Shown piece after piece: positions 24,244 to 36,901 of a DNA stretch of 54,628 nucleotides. The DNA lies in assembly GCF_043381705.1 (NCBI RefSeq), contig NC_092214.1:2558259-2612886 (forward strand), written 5' to 3'. Both the position numbers and the translations under genes were made by a program. Numbering within the stretch: the stretch's first letter is position 1; the number at the start of each line of letters is the position of its first letter. Source of the DNA: Parasteatoda tepidariorum (taxonomy: Eukaryota). The notes under the pieces are model-generated. The model was not told where the DNA came from. It did no database searches and worked only from the letters and a program-made list of their open reading frames with translations.

Positions 24244-27200
24244 CTAAAAGAAATGAATTAAATTATATTGCTTTGGGAAAGCCATATTCCTTTTTTTTTG
24301 TGTCAGGCACTTCCAAATCAAAATTTGAATTAGCTGAATATAAGCATTTTCCTAACCAGAATTTCCCTTATACTACTATTAATAAAATGCAGTATTATAT
24401 TAATTAATAATTTCACAAATAAACTTAAAATTTAGGTATTTAATGATGTTTCTTGCATAAAAAAATTGACACTAAACAATGAAAAATGATATTGCAAGGC
24501 CCGTGCTAAGGACTTCAAATTATTAGCCATTAAATTAGCCAAATAACAAAAGTATTAGCCAAATTTCAAAAATCTTATCCAAAGGCGAATCTTAACAATT
24601 TCTTATGATTGATTTTTTAACATAGAATACAAGTTGGAATACAAATTTACAATAAATTTAATTATTTTATAAAATGCAATTTAAAATCCAAAATCTTTTT
24701 ACAGTTGAGGAGGTGTAAAAAAGCTATGAATAGGAGAGAGGATAAAAAATATAGATGTTTTATGGTCTTTGAGGGAAAAAATTAGAAAAATGCTAATTTT
24801 TGATAACTTCTCAGACCAGAGCATTAATATAAGGATAAACCTTAGGCAACATTATGTTATTGTCACATTATTGTATATGCTTTTGTCACGAGAAAGCATA
24901 TTTCCTGCAAAAATATTTTGATGATAAAATGCATATTGCTACCTCATAATCTGTTTTATTGCCACAAACTATTGGAAAAATAAGTCACATCATATTGCAT
25001 GATCTGGAAATGAACGTGGTAATCTGTATTTTGCTGTAGTTTGTCACATGCTTACATAATCTCTCCAGTTATTTACATTGTCTAGACTTAATATAATTCT
25101 AATTGGTTGTGTGATGTATCTAGTGGAAATTACTGTAATTGAAAAAAAATAATAATACAGGATTTGTTCAGAAAAATTCTCTTTTGCCCTTTTTTTCAAG
25201 ATTGAGGGGGATATATATTTTTCTTTATGGTAGAAAGAATAATTTGCTTATACTTGTAGTGAATTTACAATTTTATCACATTTGGTGAGGTGGTGAATGC
25301 TTGGCGTGGGCCTTGTATTAATAATGACATATTATGGGATACCTTAGTTTATTATGTAAACACTGGAATAAAGTACCTTTTGACTGTGAATGCAAAAGTT
25401 TATTCTTTTTTATTTTCTACTGAATAATGATATAAATTATCAGACAAAAAATGTACTTTATTTTTAATTAAACTTATTGTTGTGAAAAATAGAATACGCT
25501 GGGGCGGGAAAAAAAATGGCATTTTTTATAGTCTCAATCAAAATTTGTTTCAAGGAACTTAGTATATAAAATGAGTCTAAAAAATATTATACTCATTTTC
25601 CAAAAGTGAGTAGGACATTTTCTCGAACACTTTTTGAGGTAATTATTTGAGTACACGGTATATTACTAAAAATCAATGTATGCTAGTTCTATGTCGAATG
25701 TGAATAAGAAAGTGTCTAAAATGTAAAATCTATATGATATTCACACACATATGCATATTTTTATTTGACACTAACTATTGATATTATTCTTATAATGCAG
25801 TTTTCTTTCTCTGAAGTTTAGTCTAAATTGTTCAGAGGGTAGATTTCAATTGTTTTAATTAATTGTTGTAAAATGAGGCAAAAAAAACATACTTTATCTC
25901 AGCGAATTTTTTTTTTTTTAATTCAGATATTTGACCCTGAAAAATAAAGGAATGGTCACAATCTGAAAAATCTGATCCCAAATCTTTATACTTTCCATCC
26001 CAAATGAGGTTTTAAAGATTTTAATGCAATTTACTTATTTTTTCTTTATATTTTGCTATATATCTCTTGAACTATTTGCCTGACCTTCTAATGTTTTGCA
26101 TTAAATTTAGAAGGTTAAACTGTTTCGTTTTATATGATCACTTTTAATTTCGAAAATTAATACCATTGATTAATAAGCTTGATTTTATTTTAATTAGAAA
26201 TGTAAAATTCAGTTTTTCCTTCTAAAACATGTTCTGTTTTAAAGAATTCTTGTTCGTAAAACTGCAGCATATTTTAGAAATTATATAATATGCAGCATGC
26301 TTAGGATCTTATAATAAGTAATTTTTATCAGAATTTACTATGAGTGTCATAATAACAATAATTTATAAGATAAACTAAGAAGCAACAAAGTTGAGATAAG
26401 GTAACTTTTTTAGCTGCACTTAACTAAACAGATTTTAGCACAGCCAAATTTTTTAAGATTTGGTTTTTTATACTGTTTTATGCTTTATGACATAAAATGT
26501 TTTGTTCATAAATTTTCATTTGATTTTTGATTTCTTTATTTTCATTTTTTATCTGTCTTGTTTACCTTATATTGTCTTATTCGCTTAGAATTTGCCAAAA
26601 ATATCCTATTTAAAGCAGTTAAGTAGTTCAAGGAGCTTGGTCATAAAGACTATCCATTAAGAAACATGGCTATTAAAAAGCCTGTTATTTGATATCCATG
26701 AAAAAATTCATCCCTGAATTGACATAACTGTCAGATGAATGCCAATAAATTGGAAATAAAAGCACTTGATATGAAGCCTTACAATAAAAGTTCAAAATAA
26801 TATTCAATAAAATAGGTATACAATGATCCAATGATGTCCACTAGCCCGACATCTAAGCTTTTAAGTTGAATTGTTTACCTAGATAATACATTGTTTCATC
26901 TTAAACAAGTGCTTAATCATTAGAACAACTTGTTCTACATCCCATCAATATTTATTGTATTTAAAAGTGTTCTTGGTTTGTTGAATAAATAGAATCTTGT
27001 GATATCAGTAAATGGCAAATTTAGTAACACCCAATTACTTGATCAAATGCTTTAGATTTTACTTTTTTAATTAAAATTTCATTTGAATGCACTATTATTG
27101 TCATTGGTCCTATAAATTTCCCTGTTTAAACCTCTCAAGAAATACATAAAAAAAATTGGAATGTTTCATGTATTCAAGAATAGAATTTTCTGCATAGCAA

Positions 27201-27370
27201 AGAGTGTCAATGACTGGTTTTAAAATTTGTTTAGAGATATTTGCTCTACACTATAATTAATTTATAAGTTTTTGAAGATTCCTTGAATTAAAACAATCCC
27301 ATTTTCTATGACATGGTTATTTTATAAATTCAAACAAGTGCGATTAAAAAGTGAAATATTAAATTTTTAC

Positions 27371-28165
27371 CTGTTTTTCATCAGGATTATACATTTTTTC
27401 AATCATTTGAAGCTTGTTGTTCATAAAAGATGCGGTGAAGTTTTTCACTTCTTTCATGCTCTTAAATAAGTTCTGAGAGATTCTTGTGATATTTGAATTT
27501 CTTATGTCCACAAATATATCAGGACTTTGAATGTTAGAAAATCTTGATTCGTCAATGTGTCTTAAATTTTCTCCTTCTAAAATTATTTTTTTTAAAGATT
27601 TAGGTAGGTTTTCATCAAACATTCTTTCTAAATCATTTTCTTGAACATGCAAATGTATTTCTTTTATTCCATGGTTTTTGCTTAGCATTTCAGATATACT
27701 TATATCTTTCTGGGGATAAGTGCTTATTTCTAGTTTTTGCAGTGCTATTAATGGATGAAATACATCTTTTTGAATTTCTTGTATATCAATATTTTTTATA
27801 AAAAGTTGTTGTAATCTTTCCATGTTGCTAAAAGTTGTATTCCACAATGCTTGTATTGGGTTGTCTTGCAAATATAACGATCTTAGTTGTGGTAAATTTG
27901 ACCACAGATCATTGTGTATTGTAGTAAGTAAGTTATTTGAAAAATCCAAAACTTGAATTTTTTGTAAGTTTTCCAGAGCTTCATGCTTTATTGTTTTTAA
28001 CAAGTTTGAACTCAAGTTAAGAAATAAAATGTCACAAGATTTCAGAAAAGGTATATCTTTCAAAGAAGTGTTTGCTAAATTGAGAATTTTTAAGCTATCT
28101 GGAAGAACTTCAGTTATCCACTGGGGTGATTCATTAATGGAATTTTGTGATAAATCTAAATATAT
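27371..28165 (-). CDS. Chaoptin-like LRR protein, second coding exon (265 codons).
   Basis: Acceptor tttatttcag sits on the minus strand at 28175-28166. The exon starts IYLDLSQNSINESPQW... and continues the LRR array. It ends ...MYNPDEKQ, followed by GTAAAA (minus-strand donor at 27370). It joins the first exon in phase 0. Confidence 0.65.
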
Positions 28166-31100
28166 CTGAAATAAAGATGCATGAGTTAGTTAAAACAGAA
28201 ACTAAACAAATATTATAATGCTAAATTCAAAATAAGTTATAAAATATATTCCTAAAATAAGAAAGTAGAAGAATATATTTGTGAATGAAAGTGCTACATA
28301 ATATTGCTGTGTATATTTGTATCTGGTCACAGGATGTGTTAGATACTCCTATGTGCTCTCTGGATACTATTGCATTTTTTCTGTTTATTAGTTAAACTAT
28401 GAGTAAACAAAATAAAAAATAAGAGAATTTTTATTAAAACTTTAGGAAAATTTAAATTACACCTTGCATCCAAAATATCTCTCCCATCAATACGTTGAAA
28501 TTTTTCCTCTTACTCTTTTTTTTTCATTAAAAGCTCTTCTAATATTTTTTAAATTTTCCATATTTTAAAAATAATGAAAAAATTTTCAGTGAAAATTATC
28601 ATTAGTTTTAATTGACTATTTACAGTTATATATTCAATTATAAAAAAAAATTTACAAATTGAACAAAAAAATAACCTTCTGCAAAATAAAATACAAAATA
28701 AATAAATGCACATACAGAATATATTTTAAATTCATGTATATATACAGTTAGACTTCAATGTAATGAACTTCCATTTTGTGAATTTCTCTATTTTGCAATT
28801 TTTTTAGAGGAGCTAAGAACATTTTGGAAATTTCTTCGTAAAAAAACTTCCAAATAACAAAGTGAATTTTCTATTTAACGAACTTTTCTTTAAGATCCAC
28901 TTTCCCTATTTTCCAAAACATTTCAAACTTGTTAGTGCATTTTATGGGGGAAATGACTTTGAATTGATTTTGGCAGCCGCTTTGAGAGAAAGAAGTAAAT
29001 TGCCTTTCCCTTTTTGTTTGCATTTCATACTAGAATCCAAGCCAAAAATCAAGCCAAAAAAGCTGCAACCACAAAAACATTAACTGAATTGGATAGTTTG
29101 GATGGTGTGAAAAATAAAAACAATAATACAGCAATAAATTGTGAGGAAGACGAAGAAGATGGAAATGATGAAGAAATCACCAAACCTTTCTATGATAAAA
29201 TGCTAAAATCATTTGAAGCAATTCAGTAGTAGATAATAATTTACAAGATGAAGGTTATCAGTTGCTGTTTCAATTATGTCTAGTGTTTATGAATTTGAAA
29301 CCTGTTTTGTGTTGTTTAAAGATTTTAAATGGTGATTTTCTATTTAACGAATTTTTATATTACAAGCTTTTTATCGGGATTTAGCGACTTCGTTAAATGA
29401 GGCCGAACTGTATATTCTGATTAAAAATATATAAAACACAATAAAAATTTCAAAATTTGAGGATTTTTAAAATTAAAATAAATTAAATTACATTTTAAGT
29501 CAAAAATGCTGCTTTTAATAATAATTATTTAAATTTTTATGTTTGTTTATTATCGAAATTAAAAATATACTTCTCTTCAAAAAAGCACTATATTTGAAAG
29601 ATAATTACCAACATCATTTTTTTTAACGTACTAATTTCTAAAGCCACTTTGGAAAATATACTGTAAGACTCCTATGTATACTCATATTTGTGTGAAAAAT
29701 CTAGAAAATTTACCTAGTTAACCTAAAGAAAACTGAATTATTAAGAACTTATAAACATTATTATAAAGAATTAATTACAATAAAAAAATTGAAATATTCC
29801 AAGACCTTACATTAATTAAATTAATCAAACTTTTTCCATTACATTTATTTAAGTCAAAATTAGGAAAATTAAATTAAAGCATATTCAATCTGAATTTGTT
29901 TCTAAAGGGATTACAATTTTCTATTAGAACAAATTTGTCACACCACTCTGAACAAAGTTATCCTCAGCCTCAGAAGTTATCTTTTACTGAAAGAGCATTT
30001 TTTTTCCAACAGTGTCTGAAAAGTTGGAAGGTGTGGTGTATCACCGTGGTTTTTAAACTATCATTTACTATCCAACCATGCGAGTGTGAACACGGAGCAC
30101 ATATAATTTAATTTAGACACTTTTTGTGGGTGCAAGCTTAGTAGTTAGCCTGTCTAAGGGGACGAGAGTGTGTCAGATTTAGGAAACAATGCTTAAGTTT
30201 AGAAATAGCATATCTTACATAATTTTCCATATCACAATTTTCTTGGTTATATAACTTTAATTTTTCATTTCATAATTTTCATTTTAATCAATTTTAATTT
30301 TTCCTTTTTGTTCCTGGGAAACAATGAAACCCAATTCAACTTTCATTCACACTAGAGGGGGTCCAACAAGGTATTAAAATCTCTATTCTTTTGTGTCTTT
30401 TCCTGTAATAAATGATCATTTTGCTTTTATTCCTCAATTACTTACTTAAAACAATGTTTGTTTTCATTCTGACAACTCCTTCTCGGTGCACAAATTTTTA
30501 TGGCAATGTGTGTATTTTAAGATTGATCTGTTCCAGACTAATGTTGCCATATTTAGTTGTTAAGCTTAAAGATATATGAAATGGTCTATATAACCCTGGG
30601 TATTCCAGCTATCATTTCATGTGATAATTTGGTCCCAAAGTATTGCTTAAAAAATTTTTCTCGTATTTTTTGAAGATATTTTCTTTGGGTTCTCTTAAAT
30701 TTTTGACTGTTTATATTTTATAATGAGTGTTAATATACTGTAAGATTTATTTATACATAATATGATATGACAAAAGAAAGAAACCATCTAAGTATTTTCA
30801 AACGAGGAGACTTTTATTTGTTCCTTACAGAAAATTTGGCCACCTATCCAATATTTAGTTTTCCAGCACCAGTCTCGTGGATGTCATTAAAAGTTTATGA
30901 CTTAACTGCTGTTTAATAAAAATCCATTTTGCTAAAATTATTATTCTTTTAATGTTATACCCAGCCTCAGCCAATTAGCCCTGTGCTATCTTGCTGTCCA
31001 ATAAAGGTGTGTAAAATCTGAAGGAGAAGTATTCTCATTGTCAATATCTTTCAATTTAGTGCACACAAAGAGATGTTTGTGTTTCATAAATTTTGTATGG

Positions 31101-31313
31101 AAAAATTACTTTTTTCCAACTTTTAAGACTAATAGTAATACAAATATGTACAATAGATATAAAGGTTGACTTACCAAGTTAAGCATAAAGCTGTTTGAAA
31201 AAAAGGGGGGGGGTTCATTTTAATGTTAAATAGATATTATATCTTCTATTTCCATTATTATATCTATAATTTTATATCTAAGCAAGAAATATTACTTTAG
31301 TTTGTATACTTAC

Positions 31314-33908
31314 TAATTTTGGTAAATAATCAGTTTCTCCTGAACTTGTAATTGTTAGCTGATTATTAGCTAGGCTGAGGTATCTGAGGTTCTGAAAGCT
31401 TTTAAAATTACTAAAATTTAAGGATTGTATGAGATTTCCAGCTAGATCAAGAAGTTGTAAACTGTTCTTTAAAGTGAGCAAAGATTCTTGAGGAAATGCT
31501 TCTAAAAAGTTGTAAGATAAGTCTAATTGTTCTATATTTGTCTTAATAAATATATTTTCTGCCAATTCTTCCATACTGTTGTGTGAAGCTGAAAATATTC
31601 TCAGTCTTGATTGCTCATTAAATAAGTTTTCAGGCAATACTGTGATATTGTTAAATGATAAATTTAAAATTTGTAATGATGTAATCCCTTTAAATTCGTT
31701 TTCATCTACGGAATCTATCTTGTTGTTAGAAATAATCAACATTTGTAATTGAGCCATGTTAGCAAAAGCTGATACTGATAAATCTTGTATTAAATTATTA
31801 CTCAAATCTAGACGTATAACTGACTGGCGAATAGGATCAAAATAATTGTTGTCTATGTAAGATATGTTGTTATAGCTGAAATTTATATTCTTAATATTGC
31901 TTGATGTATGAATTACAGAATAATTTCCAGTTAAATTCTGAATGTTGTTATTATTGACATCGACTTTTAATGCAGAAAGCCTACCTACTTGATGAAAAGC
32001 TTCTAAATTGAAACTTAATAGTTTGTTATATGCTAAATTAATATATTGAACGTTTGGAAGATTTTGAAAGGCTTCGTTTTCAATATTCTCTATTAAATTA
32101 CCTTGTAGTTGAATATCAATAATTGAATCCAAATCTAAGAAAGCAGATTTTCTTATACTTTTTATATGATTATCATTCATCTGTAAATAAATTAATTTTC
32201 GTAAATTTCGGATTGTATATGAATTCAATGTACTAATTCTGTTAAAAGCTATTTTCAAATGTTCCACGTCTGGATTGTTAATATCATTAATGAAATTTGG
32301 ATGCAGATCTAGTAATTTATTGTAATTTAGATTCAAATATTTCAAATTCTGAAATGAAATAAAGGATTCATATGGTAGTTGTATTAAACCATTGTCACTC
32401 AAATCTAAATATTCCAATTTATTAAGGATGTTAAATATCTTAAAAGGAAACATAGTCAATTTAAATGCCTTGTGTAAGTTTAATTTTATCAAAGAGTGTC
32501 TGTTATCTTTAAAAGTAGAGTTTTCAATTTTTGTTATGCTGTTATAAGACAAATCAAGTTCTTTTAAACTACTCAATTTATTAAAAGCTCCATTTTCTAT
32601 CACTTTAATGAAACTTTTTGTTATAGATAGCTTTTCAATAGATGATCCAAAATTTCGTAAGTAGTCTTTATCTAGTAGAGATTGCTTCTTGTTAAATAAA
32701 TACTCACGCAAATTGAATAAATTCAAAATAACTTCATTATCAAGGCTTGTCATTTTAGGACCTCTTAAATCTAAGTATTTTAGAGTATTGCTGTATCCTT
32801 TTATGCTGGAAAAATTTATTTCTTTTATTGTATTACCTGCAAGTGATAGTCTCACTAGTTTTGTGAATGGTAAATCTGGAAATTCACCCAGATTGTTAAA
32901 ACTTAAGTCTACTACCTGCATTGAATGAGCAACACTATAAAATGCATTAGGTGTAATTAGGGATATTTTACAATAAGGCATGTATATCTCTGTTACATTG
33001 GTTATTAAAAAAGTATCATTAACTGTTTCTAATGGATTTCCTTTTAAAAATAATCGATTTATATGACTAAATAGTCTAAAACTCTGTGGTGTCAGCTCAG
33101 TCAACAGATTATTTTCTAAATGCAATTCCTCTAAATTAATTCGATTTCTTGTTTCTCGGCCTTCAGATATTGTTGAAATCATGTTATCATTCAAATTTAC
33201 TGTTTTGATATTTTTTAAATTAGCCAGTGCATTCAATGGAATTTGCTGAAGTTGATTTCCCATCAAATTCAAATGCTTCAAGTTATTTAGTCCACTTTGA
33301 AAAGTAATATCATCAATAGTTAGAATTGAGTTATAAGCCAAATTCAAAACCTCAAGTGAAATCATGTTTCTGAATGAATCTGTTTGAATATGCATTAGTG
33401 CATTATTTGTTAAATCCAATAATTTTAGCGTTTTTCCAATGCTTCGAAAATCGTCATTATACAGAATTGAAATGTGATTTTCACTTAAAATTAAACTACT
33501 TAATTTTTCTGAATTTAGTATTGCTTCTTTTGGTATCCTAAATAATTGGTTTTGGCTTAAATCTAACACTGATAAAGTTTTTTCAAGACCTGCCAAAGCA
33601 TTTGAAGGCAAATCAGATAGAAGGTTGCTGTTTATTTGAAGTTTCCACAATCCTGTACCATTCAAACTGTAATCTTCAAGATATTGCAATTTATTATTTT
33701 TCAGACTCATGATATAAATTGCAAATTTATTGAGATGAGGTGGTATAGTCATAAACGGAATATTTTCACAACTAACGGATCCTAAATCGGGACCTCCACT
33801 TGAGCAGGTACATAAAGAGTTAAATGTACATGGTCTGTGTTGTTCTTTTAACCTAGAATCGACGTTAGTGAGGAACAATAAAAAGCATACTTTCTCCAAA
33901 ACTTTCAT
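31314..33908 (-). CDS. Chaoptin-like extracellular leucine-rich-repeat protein, first coding exon (865 codons). It encodes a signal peptide, an LRR N-terminal motif and about 30 LRRs.
   Basis: The ATG at 33908 is immediately preceded by an in-frame TAG and a good acceptor (ttttctcttatag). The product starts MKVLEKVCFLLFLTNV, a signal peptide, followed by CTFNSLCTCS...VSCENIPFMTIP, an LRR N-terminal motif. It then runs through uninterrupted L..L.L..N LRRs. A GTAAGT donor at 31313-31308 follows ...DYLPKL, and the ORF track continues 11 codons past this donor. Confidence 0.75.
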
Positions 33909-34346
33909 CTATAAGAGAAAAATATATTTTAGAAAATGTGTTTGTGTATATACAATAAATAAAGTATAAAATTATTACTGGGAAATTCTATATATTTTTT
34001 AGTGAGTGTGCGATGCAATTTGTTTTTTAACAAAACATTAAATTTGCTATTTTCTTTCCTGAAGCTATGAAATCTTCAATATTTTATTAAGTGTTGTCTT
34101 TACAATCTCTAGATTTTCTAGTGTGCATAAGTGTATATTTCTATGCACATGTATGTTTCTCTCTATTTCTAATTACTATAGTCGAATAGTCTCTGTGAAA
34201 TCAAATTTTAGATCTACAACTGTTTTTTTTTAAAATTTGCTAACTCAGAAACTATTGCTCTCAAATTTTTTTATCTAGTCAGCATTTTTTTTTTTACTTC
34301 ATTGTAAAGAATGTAAATACAAATTTTGTGTTTGCATTTTTTAAAA

Positions 34347-34690
34347 GTCCCGCTGTGAACAGATCGTTAAGACACGGTTCCTAGCAAATCACCGAAGTCA
34401 AGCATCACTGGCTACGGTCAGTGTGCGGGTGGGTGACCACTTGGATCAGTCTGCGTAGGGACCGAGGGTGTGCGGTATTGGTCCTCGTTAAACTGTGCTA
34501 CCGTAAAGTGCTCGACTTCGCTCGCAGGTCGTCAGGGTACCGAAGCGGGGGTGCCATCCCATCTGCAGAGGATCAAAATTGTGATGGCATGTCTTCGGAT
34601 CATCCTCAGGGATGTTTCCCAGACCGTCGCCAATAGCCCATTGTGCAGCTCTAGTGCGATGTAAATTAACAGCAACAACAACATTTTTTA
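34347..34690 (+). mobile_element. 5S-rRNA-derived SINE-like element (or a highly diverged 5S pseudogene): a 5S-like head of about 120 nt, a GC-rich body and an A-rich tail.
   Basis: GGTTCCTAGCAAATCACCGAAGTCAAGCATCACTGGCT...GGGTGGGTGACCACTTGGATCAGTCTGCG aligns with the canonical 5S rRNA internal region. That region reads GGTTCTCGTCCGATCACCGAAATTAAGCAGCGTCGGGC...GGGTGACCGCCTGGGAACACCGCG. It spans the pol III box A / internal element / box C area. There is a roughly 10-nt insertion near the 5' end and about 200 nt of non-5S GC-rich sequence follows. It is therefore not a functional 5S gene. The three overlapping ORFs in the ORF track here are artefacts of the local GC richness. Confidence 0.5.
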
Positions 34691-34849
34691 AAATGTAAAA
34701 ATTTGTAAACTTTTTCAATTACAAAATATAATCATCAAAGAAATATAAATAATTATTAAATATAATTTTTCGCAAGGAATTATCTTTCAAAGATTTTATA
34801 ATTGTATGCAATATTTTTTCAAGTGGCTTAAAAAGTTCTCAATATTTGG

Positions 34850-35000
34850 CAAAACTTGCAAAAAGTTAACATTAAAAATTAAAACTTTCATCTGCTCTCC
34901 TGACCAAACTTTTGGAAACTTATTTCCCAGATTGTGGCAACCCCTCGCCCCATATTTTGAAGGTCAACAGTTCGAATTCTTCAAAAAAAAAATTGTGTTT
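34850..35000 (-). repeat. Short degenerate inverted fragment of the same family.
   Basis: tatttcccagattgtggcaacccctcgccccatattttg is the reverse complement of the family block caaaatatagggggtagccgcaatctgggaaata. Confidence 0.35.
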
Positions 35001-36164
35001 TTTTAAAGGAAAAAAAAAAGTTGTATACAACTTCGTAACCTAAATTATCGTGTGCACTAATCAGTATATTTAAGGTGAGGCCCTCAGACCATTTACATTG
35101 AGTCTTAGTGTATGAAAATCTGATAATAAGATCAAAAGTTATTCAGATTTTCTTTCGATGCAATGTTCATTAATCATTGTGTTTCTTTGAATTCTTGTTT
35201 TGACTTTTGAAATATTTGTTCAAGCTGTAAATTTTAAAATTAGAATCACCTTTTATTGAGTGGAGCACACCACAACTGTGGGCCAGATTGTTGATGATCG
35301 TGGCCCAAACTTCAGAGACTAGTGAGTATCTTAAATATCTTAAAATCTTATTTGCCTTTTCAAAGACTATAATTTTAGCATTGACAACCCTATGCTTCCT
35401 TAATAAAATCTAAACGTTCATGCTTACACTAGATCAAGTTGTAGTACCCTTATTGAAGTCAAATCAATGTGCTAAAATTAGAATTTTTCGTCAAATTTTA
35501 CTTTTTAAATTACTTGTAATTTTTAGTGTTTCCGAAAATAAGATTTTTTATCGATTTTTTTTCCCTTAAAGGAAAGGAAATAAGACAAAGTTGATTGTAT
35601 GTTGAAGTAATATGATATGTGTTTTAAAATTGGAAATTACAAAAAAAAGCAAATCTGCTTTTCAATTTTAAAAAAAAAATTGACATCTACTTTTAATATT
35701 TTTTTAGCTTATCATAAATTAATAAATATAAATTATTCTCTTTGTAATTTTAAAAACAATAAAAAAAAGGTCACGAAAATTTAATGTCAATTTAGCTATA
35801 AGTATATTCGGAGCTTAAAACAGTATGTTCATTCAAAAAAAAAGTTTTTTTTTGAACTTATGCTTATTGTTTCTAGTTTTTAAACTTAACGAACTAAAGG
35901 ACCGCTAATATGACATTATTATAATCTTGATAGTCATTATTCGAACCGTTAACGTTTTCACTTCATATATCTAGCCAAAGAAGTATGAATCTGTAAAATT
36001 TATATTGAAACGAAACCAAGCTTAAATTAAAGAATATGGTATGGTCTTAGACCTAAACAGGGGTGCAAATTTCTTGCCACTGTAACCCAGAAAGACGCCG
36101 TAGAAATTTAATTCATTTCATACCAAATTTTTTTTTAAAAATGCCTATTGAATGTGGATGCGAG

Positions 36165-36520
36165 GTGCAGTGGAAAGGATATCTGGCTTGTAACTAGTCT
36201 CAGGTTCTATTGCATTCGTACTAGAATTCGTATTGCAACCTCTTTCTAATTTATAATAAGAAACTTAATTAAATTTAGCCAGCTACATTCTATAACAAAA
36301 AATCGACGCACCAAGAAGGAGTTGTCCGATTGAAACGAAAATTGGTGGATAGGAAGACAATGTACAGAATAGTAAATGATTAAAATTTCAGAACAATTGA
36401 ATAATTTATTGCAAAGGTGCAGTAACAAGTTCAATAAGGTGTTGACCCGCCTCTAGCCTGGATACAAGCTGCCACACGGCGTGGCATAGACCGATAAAGC
36501 ATAGACAGATAAACTTGAAC
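36165..36520 (-). mobile_element. Tc1-like element 3' stub: transposase C-terminal codons plus 3' flank.
   Basis: The minus strand at 36499-36431 translates to LYRSMPRRVAACIQARGGSTPY*. This is the characteristic Tc1-family C-terminus (...SMPRR..AV....GG.TKY*). The sequence upstream of it is non-coding. A CAGTGG... terminus lies at about 36168. A second outward-facing CAGTGGCAAGAAATTTGCACCCCTG terminus, followed by TA, lies at 36068-36094. Confidence 0.45.
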
Positions 36521-36901
36521 TTTCCTAACTAAATTTAAAGTTTTTTTTTATAAATGTACTTAAAATAAAAAATAAAATATTTTTCAGTTAAAAAAAAATT
36601 TAAATAGTCTCCAGTGGGAATAAGTCGCGGATATTTCATTTACAAGACAAGTGTCCTAATCACTATGTTACACATCCACCTTCAATACAATTTTTTTTTA
36701 TTCCAATATTAAATGAACTTAAACTTTTTGTGTTCATATTTTACCCTAGTGGCCACAGTTGGTAGCACTAATTGTTGAAGTTCTAACTTGGTTCAACTCT
36801 AATAAGAATTTTTATAGATTCATATGCAGGGCCCGATTAAAAGAGTCTTACGTCCTGGGCAAAATACTATTTAAGGGAACCCAACATTTCCCCTGGCTTT
36901 T

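Noticed and set aside
32689-32928. 79-aa + strand ORF inside the first LRR coding exon.
   Set aside because: It is antisense to a long, well-supported minus-strand coding exon and is a shadow ORF of the AT-rich LRR codons.
34421-34718. Three overlapping ORFs (71, 64 and 76 aa on both strands) in the GC-rich island.
   Set aside because: The region aligns to 5S rRNA and is non-coding. The ORFs exist only because stop codons are rare in GC-rich sequence.
34955-34975. tRNA T-loop-like motifs (ggtcaacagttcgaattc here, and gcgtttgaatccgtg at about 4014).
   Set aside because: No acceptor stem, D-arm or anticodon arm can be built around them. The first lies in a fragment of the dispersed repeat family and the second inside the gypsy remnant.
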